Positions 38,144 through 50,030 of a stretch of DNA of 64,000 nucleotides are shown piece by piece. Within the stretch, counting starts at the first letter, position 1. Every line of letters begins with the position of its first letter. The position numbers and the translations under genes are program-made. Source of the DNA: Haliotis cracherodii. Taxonomy: Eukaryota. Under the pieces are notes generated by a model. It searched no databases, was not told where the DNA came from, and saw only the letters and a program-made list of their open reading frames with translations. Location: contig NW_027266272.1 of the NCBI RefSeq assembly GCF_022045235.1, positions 29,202,001-29,266,000 on the forward strand, read 5' to 3'.

Positions 38144-39255
38144 GTGTAGACAAGCAAGATATTCAAGAAGTCATCAAACTGTCTGTGGACAAACTGAATG
38201 CAAAGTACAACAACGGCTTCCTGTACTCTCACCTGGCCAATGGTTATCGCAGGTTCGACCCCCAGAGAGGCATGGAATACACAATGGACATAGCACTGCG
38301 GGATATCAGTGCTGCCAACAAAGAAGTGGAGAAAAGAGTGCACCTTGTACGACCCCTTGGTCAAGTTGAAATAGTGCCAATGCCATATGTAACTGAAAAT
38401 ACTCGCATCAATCTCATTTTGCCTGTTACAGAAGAAGACAAAGATGGGGTGGGGAATTTCCTCGACTCATATGCTCATACATGTTTGGACTCAGGAGACA
38501 ACACATACCTGCTAATCGTGTTTATTTACAAACAAGGTTTTCAAGAAGACACTTTCTCGGTTCTTAAATCAATGATTTCCTATTATGAAAAAAAGTATCA
38601 AAGCAGTGATAAAATTGCATGGATATCGCTGCAACATAACAGTTCGTATTACTCCGAGTTCTTCATCCTGGACGAAGTCTCGCTCAAGTTTCCGCCCGAT
38701 TCTCTGCTATTGATGTGCACTGTGGGTATGGAACTTGCAGCTGATTACTTCAACAGAATCCGCATGAATACTATTCAAGGATGGCAAGTGTTCTTTCCAA
38801 TTGGGTTCTGGCAGTATAAACCGAATCTCATTTTCGATCGTAAACCCTACCCCACTGTTATTGACATTAATGGAAAGACGGGGCATTACGATGCCAATTC
38901 CTTCGAGCACAGCAGTTTCTATAACGCCGATTTTATCGCTGCGCGGAAATTACTCACGTCAACTGAAGTAAGAAATGAAGGATTGTTTGACATGTTTGTG
39001 AAATATCAGGTAATACATGTGTTTAGGGCCATAGAACCTGACCTTAAGCATAGGTATAAGCCCATGGAATGCTATCCAAGTGCACCGGAGAAACTGTATG
39101 AGCGTTGCTTGTCACGGAGAGCTGTGGGTTTAGCTACCAGGGGACAATTAGCTAAGCTTGTATTTGAGCACAATGACAAGGCTCAACAGGCAAGTGCGAA
39201 TATGAAAGGGCCAGAAGATGATCCTAACATGGAGCCTATTCGACTGGAAAATTAG
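38144..39255 (+). CDS. CHPF: CHPF coding exon 5 (terminal, C-terminal glycosyltransferase-like domain)
   Basis: TTGTAG|GT; NGYRRFDPQRGMEYTMD, LVRPLGQVEIVPMPYVTE, NRIRMNTIQGWQVFFPIGFWQY, HVFRAIEP; stop TAG. Spliced CDS is 2313 nt = 770 aa. Neither domain has a DXD motif, favouring CHPF over CHSY1. Confidence 0.95.
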
Positions 39256-39567
39256 GGTTGTCACTCACTGACATGCTGGAAGTGAACCCAATTCTGGACT
39301 GGAACCCAGGGAGAGCTGTTATTTTTGTGATAGTTTCAGGAGGATTTTTCCTCGAGTTGTCCTTGTGGCTATGTTTTGTTATAAATCATATATTTTTTAA
39401 ACAGTGGGAGTGTGTGTCTCGGTCTGATTGGTTGAAAATGTTAAATGTGGTTTGCAGGAAGGAAGGAAAATGTTCTGTATTTTTTACTATGGTGTGCATA
39501 TATTCTTGATACATGTCATTTTGGTCTCAGTCCCAAATTTGATAAATAACATGAGTATTATGTATTA

Positions 39568-40295
39568 GGGACCGACCATTTCATATTGTGGGGGTGCCTG
39601 GGATTTTATTGAAAAAAATAAATTGTCCCAGAAAAAGCTTACAAAAGATGATGCTTCAGACTATTAAAAATTAACAAATTGTCAGCCACAAAAAATACAT
39701 TGTTGCAAGACATTTTTAAAAAAAATCATGTTTTGGCTGATAGTTGTAATTAAATAAATATCTGGTTTTGCTGATGTGGCTGAAAAAATATCAAGTCTCA
39801 AAACAAAATCACAGTATGCCTCGCCCTGAATATCAAATGTCGGTATATTGCATTGGTCTCCTAAGAAGCTTTCCTTTAGTTTTTTGGTTATGTGCATAGT
39901 GCAATCAAGTGGGTTTAGTTGTAACCAAAGCATTCATTATATCATGATGTCATTGTATTCCTGGGGGACGTCATGCCTGTCTCACAGATTTTAGAGTAAC
40001 CTTGGTACTGACCATTTGAATTTTATTATTGACGGATCTGGGTCTGGAATTTAGAAAAATCCAGAAAATCTGATAAAACTGTAAAGATAAGGAATATAAT
40101 TTGTCCACAGGTCTTTGTCTCCCCCCAAAATTGTGTAAAAATATATCTTTCAGCTTCTCCTTTCACATGTTTCAGAGCAAATGATTTGTATGTTTTGAAG
40201 CTGTGATCAAAAGAATATATCCTCCTGCCTAAAATTAGTGAAAACAACAAGCTTTCACATCCCCCCCACTTCAAGAATATTAAGTGGTGGGTCCA
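39568..40295. mobile_element. Degraded MITE (Harbinger-like) downstream of the CHPF stop
   Basis: GGGACCGACCATTTCATATT...GGGGG vs CCCCCCC...AATATTAAGTGGTGGGTCCA, an imperfect inverted repeat; TTA left flank. Confidence 0.45.
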
Positions 40296-41244
40296 ATAGG
40301 AAGAGAATGCCATGGACAATTAAAAATAACTTTTCATATTTTTAATGTTGACAATCATGTTTTTCTCTCAGATTTTTTGTGTTTATTATCCAGGTTCATT
40401 TCAAGACAACATAATAACATCTGCAAATCTGAAAATAAGATAGGTTTTATGTCCTATTTTATAGCCTGGGAAGTAGATATCAACAGCAGTCACTATAATA
40501 TATAGTGTTTATTTTTAGGCTAGTTGGCAGCACTTTCTTTCTTTTTCTTTTTGGATTTGATAAACATGTATTTTTGGATTTGATCAACTTTGTCTAAACA
40601 TGCTAAAGCCACAATCAGAAAATTAAATAAAAGTGTTTATTTATTATTTTTTTCAACTACTCTTTCCATGAGAAATATAAAGGCATGCTATAAATATCAA
40701 ACAAACGTGATGTTATCTTTTTTAATAAGAATTGATTAAAAGTGTTGTATATAGTCTGTTACCTTGTTTATATATTGTTATATATTCTCTGACAAGTAAA
40801 TAATACTCACATTTAATACTGTTAAAAAACATCCATGAACAAAATTTGCCTTTTTTCCCATTAAGCCAACCAGCCCAATCAAATTATTGCTGAATCAGAT
40901 AAAAACATATTGAGCAAAATAATTTTGTTATTTCCATTTTGACCTATCTGAAATGTGGTCCAAAAGTCATGCTTAAGCATTTGGTTCCAAACTAAAATAA
41001 GAGGTATCGACTCAACAGTGGGACTACATCACATTTATCTCCTAAATATATGCGGAAGATGTAACATTTAAGGGAAAGGTTTGACTAGATTCCTTGCTAT
41101 CATTATCCCCCACTGGTCTCATACTCATTTCTCTCATCACAATACATGTTTGCAAGTATCCAGCATGCCATACATGTAGAATAAAAGTCTCATTATATTT
41201 ACATGGTTTGTGATCTTCTCATGAAACAGATAAAGTTTGTTTTT

Positions 41245-41720
41245 TATTCCCCGGCTCAGTGAAGTTGGCGGGGCACACAGAAATGGACTCAGTCCATCTG
41301 TCTGTCCATAGATAGCTTTACAAAACTTGGTACACACATTCACCATATAGTGTAGATGTGCCTTGTGCTATTTGTGCGTGCCCTGCATTTTTAATATACT
41401 TTATATAATTTTTAGTTGAGACTGTCTCTGAACAGAATGGAAGCAGTTGGTTTCATTTCCGGAGCAGAACTTGAAAATTATTTTGGAGGTGTCTTTAAGA
41501 AACTTGGTGAACACATTCACCATGTAGTGTATATGTGTCTTTAGCTATTCATTACTCACCAAATTATTTTGTTTTTATGTAAACGTTATAAATTTAAATA
41601 GACTTGAATGGAATGGAAGCAATCTTGACAATTGTACCTCAGTCCTGTTATGTACTTCTTCATGAAACTTTGTACAATATCAGATAAAGGCTGTTTTAGC
41701 GTCTTGTTCTTTCAAGATTT
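41245..41720 (+). mobile_element. Old diverged Helentron/pearl-type MITE
   Basis: TTATTCCCCGGC...GGCGGGG, GTCC/GTCT microsatellite, core-like TTTCCGGAGCAGAACTTGAAAA and repeated AAACTTGGT..ACACATTCACCAT. Confidence 0.55.
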
Positions 41721-41754
41721 TAAAATTGTGTTTTACTTCTTTTTTTTCAGTTAA

Positions 41755-42397
41755 AGAGGTTGCATAAAAAAAAATAATAATCAAGAAATGGGTATATTTG
41801 GTATCATTTTGTAGGAAAATATGTCCTGAATCAATTTACGCTATAAAAAAAACAAGTCACCACGGCATTTTTTGAATAAGTGGCGCCATCTAGAGGCACC
41901 GGATGATAAAATCATTTTGCCAATAAAATGGTCATTTTAAAGTTTGATTATTAAATGAGTGTTTATAAATAGACATATTACAGTATTGATATGACACAAA
42001 ACAGAAAAATGAAAATTCAAGTCATAACAGTTTTAATTTCACACATCATTTGACTTTAAAAAAGCACATTTTCCAAAAACAGTTGATTCATCAGTCAAAA
42101 AAGCATTTTACAAAATCAAGATATTTTTCAAACTGGCTTATTTGTAATGTTTATTCATTGTAAAATAAAATTATAAAATAAAAAACAACATGGTACCAGA
42201 GGATATTCAAATTATTTTCAATCAACATTTTCAATTATCCCTAGAATAATGAATCAGGGGAGGTAACTCTTGCCCAAATTTACATTTCTATGAGTTCAAG
42301 TACAATTAGCCGCGAGTCGAAGGGACGTAACCGCATTACAAATACTCGCCGTTACATGCGCGTCCGGTATGCGCATGAATAAAGGTATCCAACGTCT
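41755..42397. mobile_element. Kolobok-like MITE (643 bp)
   Basis: TTAA on both flanks; AGAGGTTGCATA vs right-end reverse complement AGACGTTGGATA. Confidence 0.6.
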
Positions 42398-42913
42398 TTA
42401 AATGGCACACCAGTAGACACTGCATCAAACAAAGCTATAAAAGGATTCATAGTAGATGTAAAGGAAATCACCAGGTTTTGAGGCGTCAGCATCAAACAAT
42501 TTTTGTACCTTATCTGTATGGTGTACCTAACTCTGGTAACTACCCATAAAGGGTGGGGCTGCAACAACACCTGCCTGTATAACCACGCTCTACGATACAA
42601 TTCATAATATATTATTAGTGAATTGTTCAGCGCTCAAGGATACAAAATATGCTCAGCCTTCACATACTGGAAGATGATTATAACCTTTGTTTATCAGACT
42701 AAGGCCGACATTAGTACAAAGTTTTATGGAGATGTTATACAGAACTTATGTATTTAACCCCTTTCACAAGCAGACGGATAAACCAATAATTTACAATGTC
42801 ACTTTGATTGCACATACATGTATCATTGTCTTTGAGATTGGACAATGGGCAGGAGATATAGTTGACTTCGCCTTCTTGTTGAAGTAGTATTATTGGTGTT
42901 GAATTCACTGGTC

Positions 42914-43033
42914 ACCTCCGTGGTCCAGTGGTAGAGCGTCTGCCCGAAAGTGGAAGCGCGGGGCTTTCATACCGGGCCATATCATACCAAAAAACGTCAA
43001 AAGATGGTACTTATTGTTACCCTGCCTGGCGTC
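42914..43033 (+). mobile_element. 3'-truncated tRNA-derived SINE (family B)
   Basis: CCGTGGTCCAGTGGTAGAGCGTCTGCCCG head and TCATACCAAAA...TTACCCTGCCTGG, matching the 28813 copy. Confidence 0.7.
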
Positions 43034-43479
43034 CCAAAGTCTGCATTCCAGTGACAAGCCTAAAATGTTCAAACTGTTTCTTTTGACAGTTTATTTCACC
43101 TGACTGAAAGTCTAGTAAGCTGAGCTAGTGGGAATTCGTTGTTAGCATTCTATGCCGCTCATCAGGGGTATGTTAGCTGATTTGGGTGACTGAGGGTCAT
43201 CATACCCCTAGTCACCAATCCTTCAATCATTTCTCACAACATGAATCAATGAATTGTCTGGTCTAGACACACGCACGCACGCCTAAATCAAAATATTTAA
43301 GATTCTTGGCAATTCCTGCATTTTGGCGCGCGCGACTAAATCAAAATATTTATGATTCTAAGCAATTCCTGCATTTTGGCTGCAATCACATTAAACGAAA
43401 CTTTCAGATTTTCAACAGAAATCCTCTTCACAGTCAACTATACAATAATTGGTTGTAACCGCAATAGCACCCAACAGTC

Positions 43480-45465
43480 CACACATGCGTGAAGGAGGGA
43501 GAAAACCCACTTCTTTCCTGAGTCCAACGACTTCCTGCGTACTGCTCTCCTCTAGTACTTTGTGGGAGTCACACTACTATTCTAGTCCGTTTCAGTAAAC
43601 ACTTATTAGAACTTTTACTATAAAATAAGTAGTATTATTGGTTGTTTATGATACCTGAGTATTAAGTAAGTGTTGATTGTTTTTTTTATTTATCCTTCGA
43701 CATGTTATAATTGTGGCCGCCTTGTGATTGCGAGCATGTGCGTGTTAAAAATGCAGGAGGTTATCTGTACAGAAAGCCTATTTTAAAAACTCACCAAGAC
43801 CAGGGGGAAGACGCGGACATGAGAAAGTTAACGATACAATGTCTCAACCTGATGTCATCTACACCACCGCCTGATCAACCCACATTCCTATCTGTCTGTT
43901 GGAGTAATTGTTTGCTCAACAGAGGGCCGAGATGGTATCATTATTTACTCTCGTTTTTTCGCTCCTTCCAACCGTCCGGTTAAACCGGCAGATAAGCTAC
44001 CACACTGCACCGGCAACACTGATCACCACTCTACAGTAGCTGATACAGCTCGACCACCATACGGTCTCCACAATGACTGCACACAACACGTTTCTTTTCT
44101 AGTCAGTTACAGGATGGGCCAGTCAACCGCATGGTCCCTGTAGGGGAGCGACAGTTTGTACATTTTGCACCAGTTTACCCATTCACAGATCATGCCTGCA
44201 TCGTGGACACAATTGGATAATTACCCGCAGGGGAACCATGTGGATCCACTCAACTAATTTGTTACTCACCAGCTGTATGTACTCCCGGTCGGGTGTCTCC
44301 CACCACCCTTCTGACTCTGACCTGGACAATGAAAATGGCTGTTATGAGGATGAAAAGTCCCCATCGCGGGAATTTGGTATTCATCTTACCTTAGATGATC
44401 TACTGAACTCCCTATACCATTTCATGGTGCACCTGCCTCCCCGTATGGACCAGTCTAGTCCTACTTAAAGGCCGGTATATGCGGGTTACCACGCCCCTGG
44501 TACGTCTAACGTTCACCAGACTCTGCCTTGGCTGAGTTACATTCAAGGGATTATTGATCAAGACTCGGGCAATCTACATTAACTTCATCATGACAATAGA
44601 CTCCTGCTCCCTAATCTAAAGCAAAAGTTATACCGAACACATCAGTCGCCATCTCTGATTAAACGGTTTTATATGATGACTTTCATAAGCTGGTCAAAAG
44701 TCGAAACACGAGACACAAGTCTCAACTGTATCAGAATCGAAGTTTTCTGACTCAACTCACAACATGCATCGGATTCATCATCAATCATTCCAAGTCGGGA
44801 CTCTCACTCGTTCAGAACCTAGTTTACATGGGGCCGTTCTCCTTCTTCACAAGGGCATTCTCTGTCCATAAGAGGATTGTTTAGTCCCATGCTCCTCGTG
44901 ATCGACGATGCACTAAACCCGGTCGATCCACACGACCAGATGGTAGATGTCCCTCTTCGGAAGGTTAACCACTCTCCAGGATCTGATTTGCAGAGGAAAG
45001 TTACAGTTACGCCCTCTACAAGCCTGGATAAACGATCTTCGGGATCAATCCCTGGACACGGGTTCCTTTATACCAAACACCTTCCAACACCTCTTTTTTA
45101 TCATCAACATGTCATAATGGGCATTCCTCTCACAGTTGCTTCCAGAACATCATATGTTCACGGATGCCTTGGTTTCAAGCTGGGGAGCCCACATGGACGA
45201 TTTCCAGAGATACAGGGCTCATGGACTGGGACCGAGAAGGATCTCCGTATAAACTGCAGGGAGATGAAGGCGAATTTTATGTGATCCAGAGTTGGAAGAA
45301 TCTCCTCGTCAAATCGTCAGTCCTGATCGCCACAGCACTGCCGCCGTGGCTTATATACAGAAACTGGGAGGAATCAGGTCCTGTTCTCTGATGATGGAGA
45401 CTTCTAGTTTATTCGTCTTGACCGACTCATACAATTGCTGTATGCAAGCGAGATGTATTCCATTG
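43480..45465 (+). mobile_element. DIRS-like (tyrosine recombinase class) retrotransposon relic; RT/RNase H pseudogene core at ~44640-45465, left boundary approximate
   Basis: Frameshifted motifs: YDDF (RT active site, ~44670), IGFIINHSKSGLSLVQNLVYMG, SLFGRLTTLQDLICRGKLQLRPLQ; RNase H MFTDALVSSWGAH, GSWTGTEKDLRINCREMKA, STAAVAYIQKLGGIRS. Confidence 0.8.
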
Positions 45466-46787
45466 ACGGTAGGAGGTACAGCAAAAACACGTACTGCACA
45501 CACTATTTAAATGTCGTTGTTGACTGACAAGATGCGCTACTCAGCTGATGTGAACCAGTTGATTTTTAATGTATATGATTTCTTTCAATGTATTGCAGAA
45601 AGAGGAAAACCATTTTATGCCATTAATACACACTTGAAACGAGCTTCTAAAGCTCTTGGTATATCCCCAAACAAGCTGAAAATTGTTGTCCGTCGACGGG
45701 ACTCCAGCAACCAGGCGAAGCAGGTGGGGGAACATATCAAAACCACTTAGGGTTGATGAATTAGACTGTTTTCAGAAAAATCAAGTCAGACGTGCAATTA
45801 GTAAACGCATTCAGAAAATAATTTCATGTCACTACGTCTCTTGAAGAAATACCTGAACCCAAAAAACTGAACATGATTTAATTGTTACAAAATACAAGCT
45901 ACATCAACTATTGCATACATTTGGATACATCTACAAAAAGATTAGTGGTGAAAATAATGCTGTTTCATGTGAACTATCCGACATCTTTCGTCTCCGAAAA
46001 CATTCTCGCCGAACCATCAAGCAGACACATGAAGAAGGATATGAGCCTGATTTCCTAGATGAGACGAGGGTAAATGCCTCTCATACAGCCAGCAGTAGTA
46101 GGTACCCAGTGGGGACTGTAAGGACTGTAGGGAGAAAGTTACCTATGGGAAAAGGTGAAATGCTCCATAGTGGCTGTTCTAGTCAGGGTTTGCTCCCAGG
46201 CTGTGACCTTGTCTTTCGAGCAGAGGCCAAGGGCAACAGGGAATACCACACAGAAGGGTATTTCTGGAGTGGTGAAAAATAAATTGGTTCCTGCTTTGCC
46301 TGCCAAGTCCCTTATTATCATGGAAACTGCACCATATCACAGTATGCAGGATCAGATCAAACAAACCTGAGCCAGTGTACATATGTTTGACAATTACATC
46401 AAATGTCAAAGACACGCCGTCTTACGACTTCCTCCTTACCCCTGCGATCTGAACCTAACGGACTTGATATGGGGTATCGTCAAATGTGACGTTGGACGAT
46501 TGAACACAATGTTGGGATGTTGAAAAGCTAGTAAATGAATCACTTGGTCGGGTAAGAGTGGACACATGGCAGGTTTGCGTTACCAAAGTCGTCAACGAGA
46601 TATAGTCAATATAATGGTCACGTGAAGGACTTCAGCAAGCAACAGTCCCATCATCAGCAGTGACACAAGCAATTCTGACGACGAGGGCTGTGACATGAGC
46701 AAGTCACCAGATGACCCCTCTTTTGCTGCCATTCCCTGTACCGTTGTGTAGCACGTGCAGTACGTATTGGCGCTGTTCCTCCTACCG
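45466..46787 (+). mobile_element. Second decayed Tc1/mariner (Sailor-like) element, transposase pseudogene from 45511
   Basis: HTH-like KRASKALGISPNKL; FLDETRVNASHT; GKGE.LHSG; LVPALPAKSLIIMETAPYHS; HAVLRLPPYPCDLNLTDLIWGIVK. ~40-bp imperfect inverted ends at 45466 and 46787. Confidence 0.82.
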
Positions 46788-46871
46788 TTGTGCCCCCCTT
46801 CGTTCAAGAAGTCACATAACACATAACTTGTACACATAACAACATGATCATTTCTGAAACCTGGAGTCCCG

Positions 46872-47104
46872 TCAACAGATAACTTTTTTCAGCTTGTTAC
46901 CAGGCATACCAAGAGCTTTGGAAGCTCGTTTCAAGTATTTATTAATGACATAAACTGGATTTCCTCTTTCTGCTTCACATTGAAAGAAATCATACACCTT
47001 ACAAATCAACTGTTTCACATCAGCTGAGGAGCGCACCTTGCCAGTCAACAACGACATATACTATGTAGCACGTGCAGTACGAGTTTGTGCTGTTCCTACT
47101 ACCG
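46872..47104 (-). pseudogene. Inverted partial copy of the 5' end of the 45466 element (terminus plus first ~60 transposase codons)
   Basis: ORF MSLLTGKVRSSADVKQLICKVYDFFQCEAERGNPVYVINKYLKRASKALG aligns with MSLLTDKMRYSADVNQLIFNVYDFFQCIAERGKPFYAINTHLKRASKALG; the upstream terminal motif is also shared. Confidence 0.85.
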
Positions 47105-48136
47105 GTGAAGACATCAACCTGTACACATACCAACACGATTGTTATTTTTCATCCCATCACTGAAAAAAGTTGTCTTAGAATCTATCATGATTTTATGTGT
47201 TCAAGTTGAACGGGGCACACCGGTTAATAGCAGATATTGTAGGGTACAGGGTATTCATTGTCGTGTACCATATTAACATTTAATAGACTATTCCCGATTC
47301 CCGAGTTTTTTCCAATTCATCGTTCTCATTTGGAGCCAAACGGACTGTAGATTGATAACCGTTTGACCGGAAATGACGTCACAATCAGGAAAAGAAATGG
47401 ACCGGAAGTGAAGGAATTCATAGAAACCGAAATGATAGCTAAAAGTAGAAATTACTCTTCTTCTCCTTCTTATAATTTATAAAAGTCTAGTTTATTAAAG
47501 ATTATTATACCATGCAGCTGTGTTCAATTTACACTGAAAAAAATTAAATACATGCATTATTTTAAACATAATGTATAATTTTAGTAAATAGAACATACAG
47601 TATTCGTTTCACGGAACTCCGAACATTGTGGTGAATGTAAACAGGCGGATTGGATGTTTCGAGTTTGACAATACCTAAAAAAAATAGTGCACAGACTGAG
47701 GGCTTCAGTCCTTTAAGACCGTCCTGCCAGTACTAACAGCGGCACATACTAACACGACAGTGCCCATTATAAAAATGTTGCAAATGTTTAATATGTCAAT
47801 CTTAGTCTTTAATTTTAATTCACTGGTGTATTTCCTTGAATTATTTAACTGGATTTGTCATTCCATGACCATTTTCTTGACACCAGGACCACATGAACAT
47901 TAAACATCAACATTAATATTTCAAGGTAAATGAAGGTATCTCTTTGTCCACATTTGGACAAGCAGTGAGGGAAATTACTATTGTGATATGTGACGTCTCT
48001 GCGTGAGTAATATATGACTACTGATACCATACCGGCAGGCATTTGTTTACAGGCAAACATCCATCTTCTCGAGTTCGTTGCCTGCGCCCACTTTCGCCTA
48101 CAGTTCGTTTCGTATACAGTGTAATCATTGTTATGT

Positions 48137-49209
48137 AGGGGGCACGGGTGGCCTAGTCGTCTCAGGCGTCGTGATTCGCTGTGCAGAGTTGCGTCCCTTG
48201 GGCACGCCAGAATCCTATGATTGCGGGTTCGAATCCCGGTTCGCCCAGATTATGTTTCTAGGTTTGTCAACACCATGAAGGTGCTCTTGGGTTACACCGA
48301 AGTGGTAAATGTCCAAGACCTGCATTTATCATCCAAAACAGGCTCCCACAGGAGATATCGCTTGGATTAGATCAAGCAATATCTATACTGTAGATATCGC
48401 TGCAATGAAATTACATCACAATGCTTTGCAGACCATTGTGACGTCACTGTTACCATGACGTCACAATCAAATGACATCACTAATGGCTCTGCTACTGAAG
48501 CTGTTAGCTGTACTTTTTACACTGAAGACACTGCTAATTACTGTCTACAAATTGAAAAAGGTGAAAGAATGATGTTGAATGATAAATAAAACTCGTTGAT
48601 AAAGTGGCAAAAATCCTCGGCAAGCCTCGGAATTTTTCCACTTTTATCAACTCATGTTGATATATTTGATATCAAAAGACACTTGGGTGAGATTCTCTAT
48701 TTATCATCCAAAACTGGCTCCCACAGGAGATATCGCTTGGGTGAGATCAAGCAATATCTATACTGTAGATATCGCTGCAATGAAATTGCATCACAATGCT
48801 TTGCAGACCATTGTGACGTCATTGGTTACCATGACGTCACAATCAAATGGCATCACTAATGGCTCTGCTACTGAAGCTGTTAGCAGTACTTATTACACTG
48901 AAGACACTGCTAATTACTGTCTACAAATTGAAAAAGTTGAAAGAATGATGTTGAATGATAAATAAAATCTCTCCGTCCTGTTTTTTTTTATCAAATATAT
49001 ACTCGTTGATAAAAGTGGCAAAAATCCTCGGCAAGCCTCAGAATTTTTCCACTTTTATCATCTCGTGTTGATATATTTGATATCAAAAGACACTCGAGTG
49101 AGATTCTCTATCTCTTCGGGCTTTCCTCCCACATGAAGCTGACATGCCACGATATAACTGGAATACTGTTAAAAGCGGCGTAAAATCCCAACTCACTCAC
49201 TCACTCACA
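48137..49209 (+). mobile_element. tRNA-derived SINE with (TCAC)n tail, interrupted by a tandemly duplicated insert
   Basis: A-box TGGCCTAGTCG, B-box GGTTCGAATCC (~48227); 3' part GGAATACTGTTAAAAGCGGCGTAAAA..(ACTC)n resumes after 49111. Confidence 0.65.
48324..49111. repeat. Tandem duplication, units of 375 and ~412 bp (MITE-like fragment)
   Basis: ATTTATCATCCAAAAC starts at 48324 and 48699; both units end in GAGATTCTCTAT; copy 2 has an extra ~36 bp. Confidence 0.9.
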
Positions 49210-49279
49210 CTCAAAGTTATGAACAAGTGATCAGAGGGGTAATAAGCTGCAGTCGAAAGAATGCTGCACCCTTACCCTC

Positions 49280-50030
49280 CAGTTCATATTGTTCCACCTC
49301 TATTCGCCTACAGTTCGTATTGTTCCACCTCTATTCGCCTACAGTTCGTATTGTTCCACCTCTATTCGCCTACAGTTCGTATTGTTCCACCTCTATTCGC
49401 CTACAGTTCGTATTGTTCCACCTCTATTCGCCTACAGTTCGTATTGTTCCACCTCTATTCGCCTCCATTCGTATTGTTCCACCTCTATTCGCCTACAGTT
49501 CGTATTGTTCCATCTCTATTCGCCTACAGTTCGTATTGTTCCACCTCTATTCGCCTACAGTTCGTATTGTTCCATCTCTAATCGCCTACAGTTCGTATTG
49601 TTCCACCTCTATTTGCCTACAGTTTGTATTGTTCCACCTCTATTCGCCTACAGTTCGTATTGTTCCATCTCTATTCGCCTACAGTTTGTATTGTTCCACC
49701 TCTATTCGCCTACAGTTCGTATTGTTCCACCTCTATTCGCCTACAGTTCGTATTGTTCCATCTCTAATCGCCTACAGTTCGTATTGTTCCACCCCTATTC
49801 GCCTACAGTTCGTATTGTTCCACCTCTATTCGCCTACAGTTCGTATTGTTCCATCTCTATTCGCCTACAGTTCGTATTGTTCCATCTCTAATCGCCTACA
49901 GTTCGTATTGTTCCACCCCTATTCGCCTACAGTTCGTATTGTTCCACCTCTATTCGCCTACAGTTTGTATTGTTCCATCTCTATTCGCCTACAGTTTGTA
50001 TTGTTCCACCTCTATTCGCCTACAGTTCGT
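49280..50030. repeat. 31-bp minisatellite TATTGTTCCACCTCTATTCGCCTACAGTTCG, ~24 copies
   Basis: Direct reading; highly homogeneous units. Confidence 0.97.

Noticed and set aside
47360-47412. CCGGAAATGACGTCA and CCGGAAGTG motifs as a gene promoter
   Set aside because: No adjacent exon found; it sits among transposon debris where such motifs are common.
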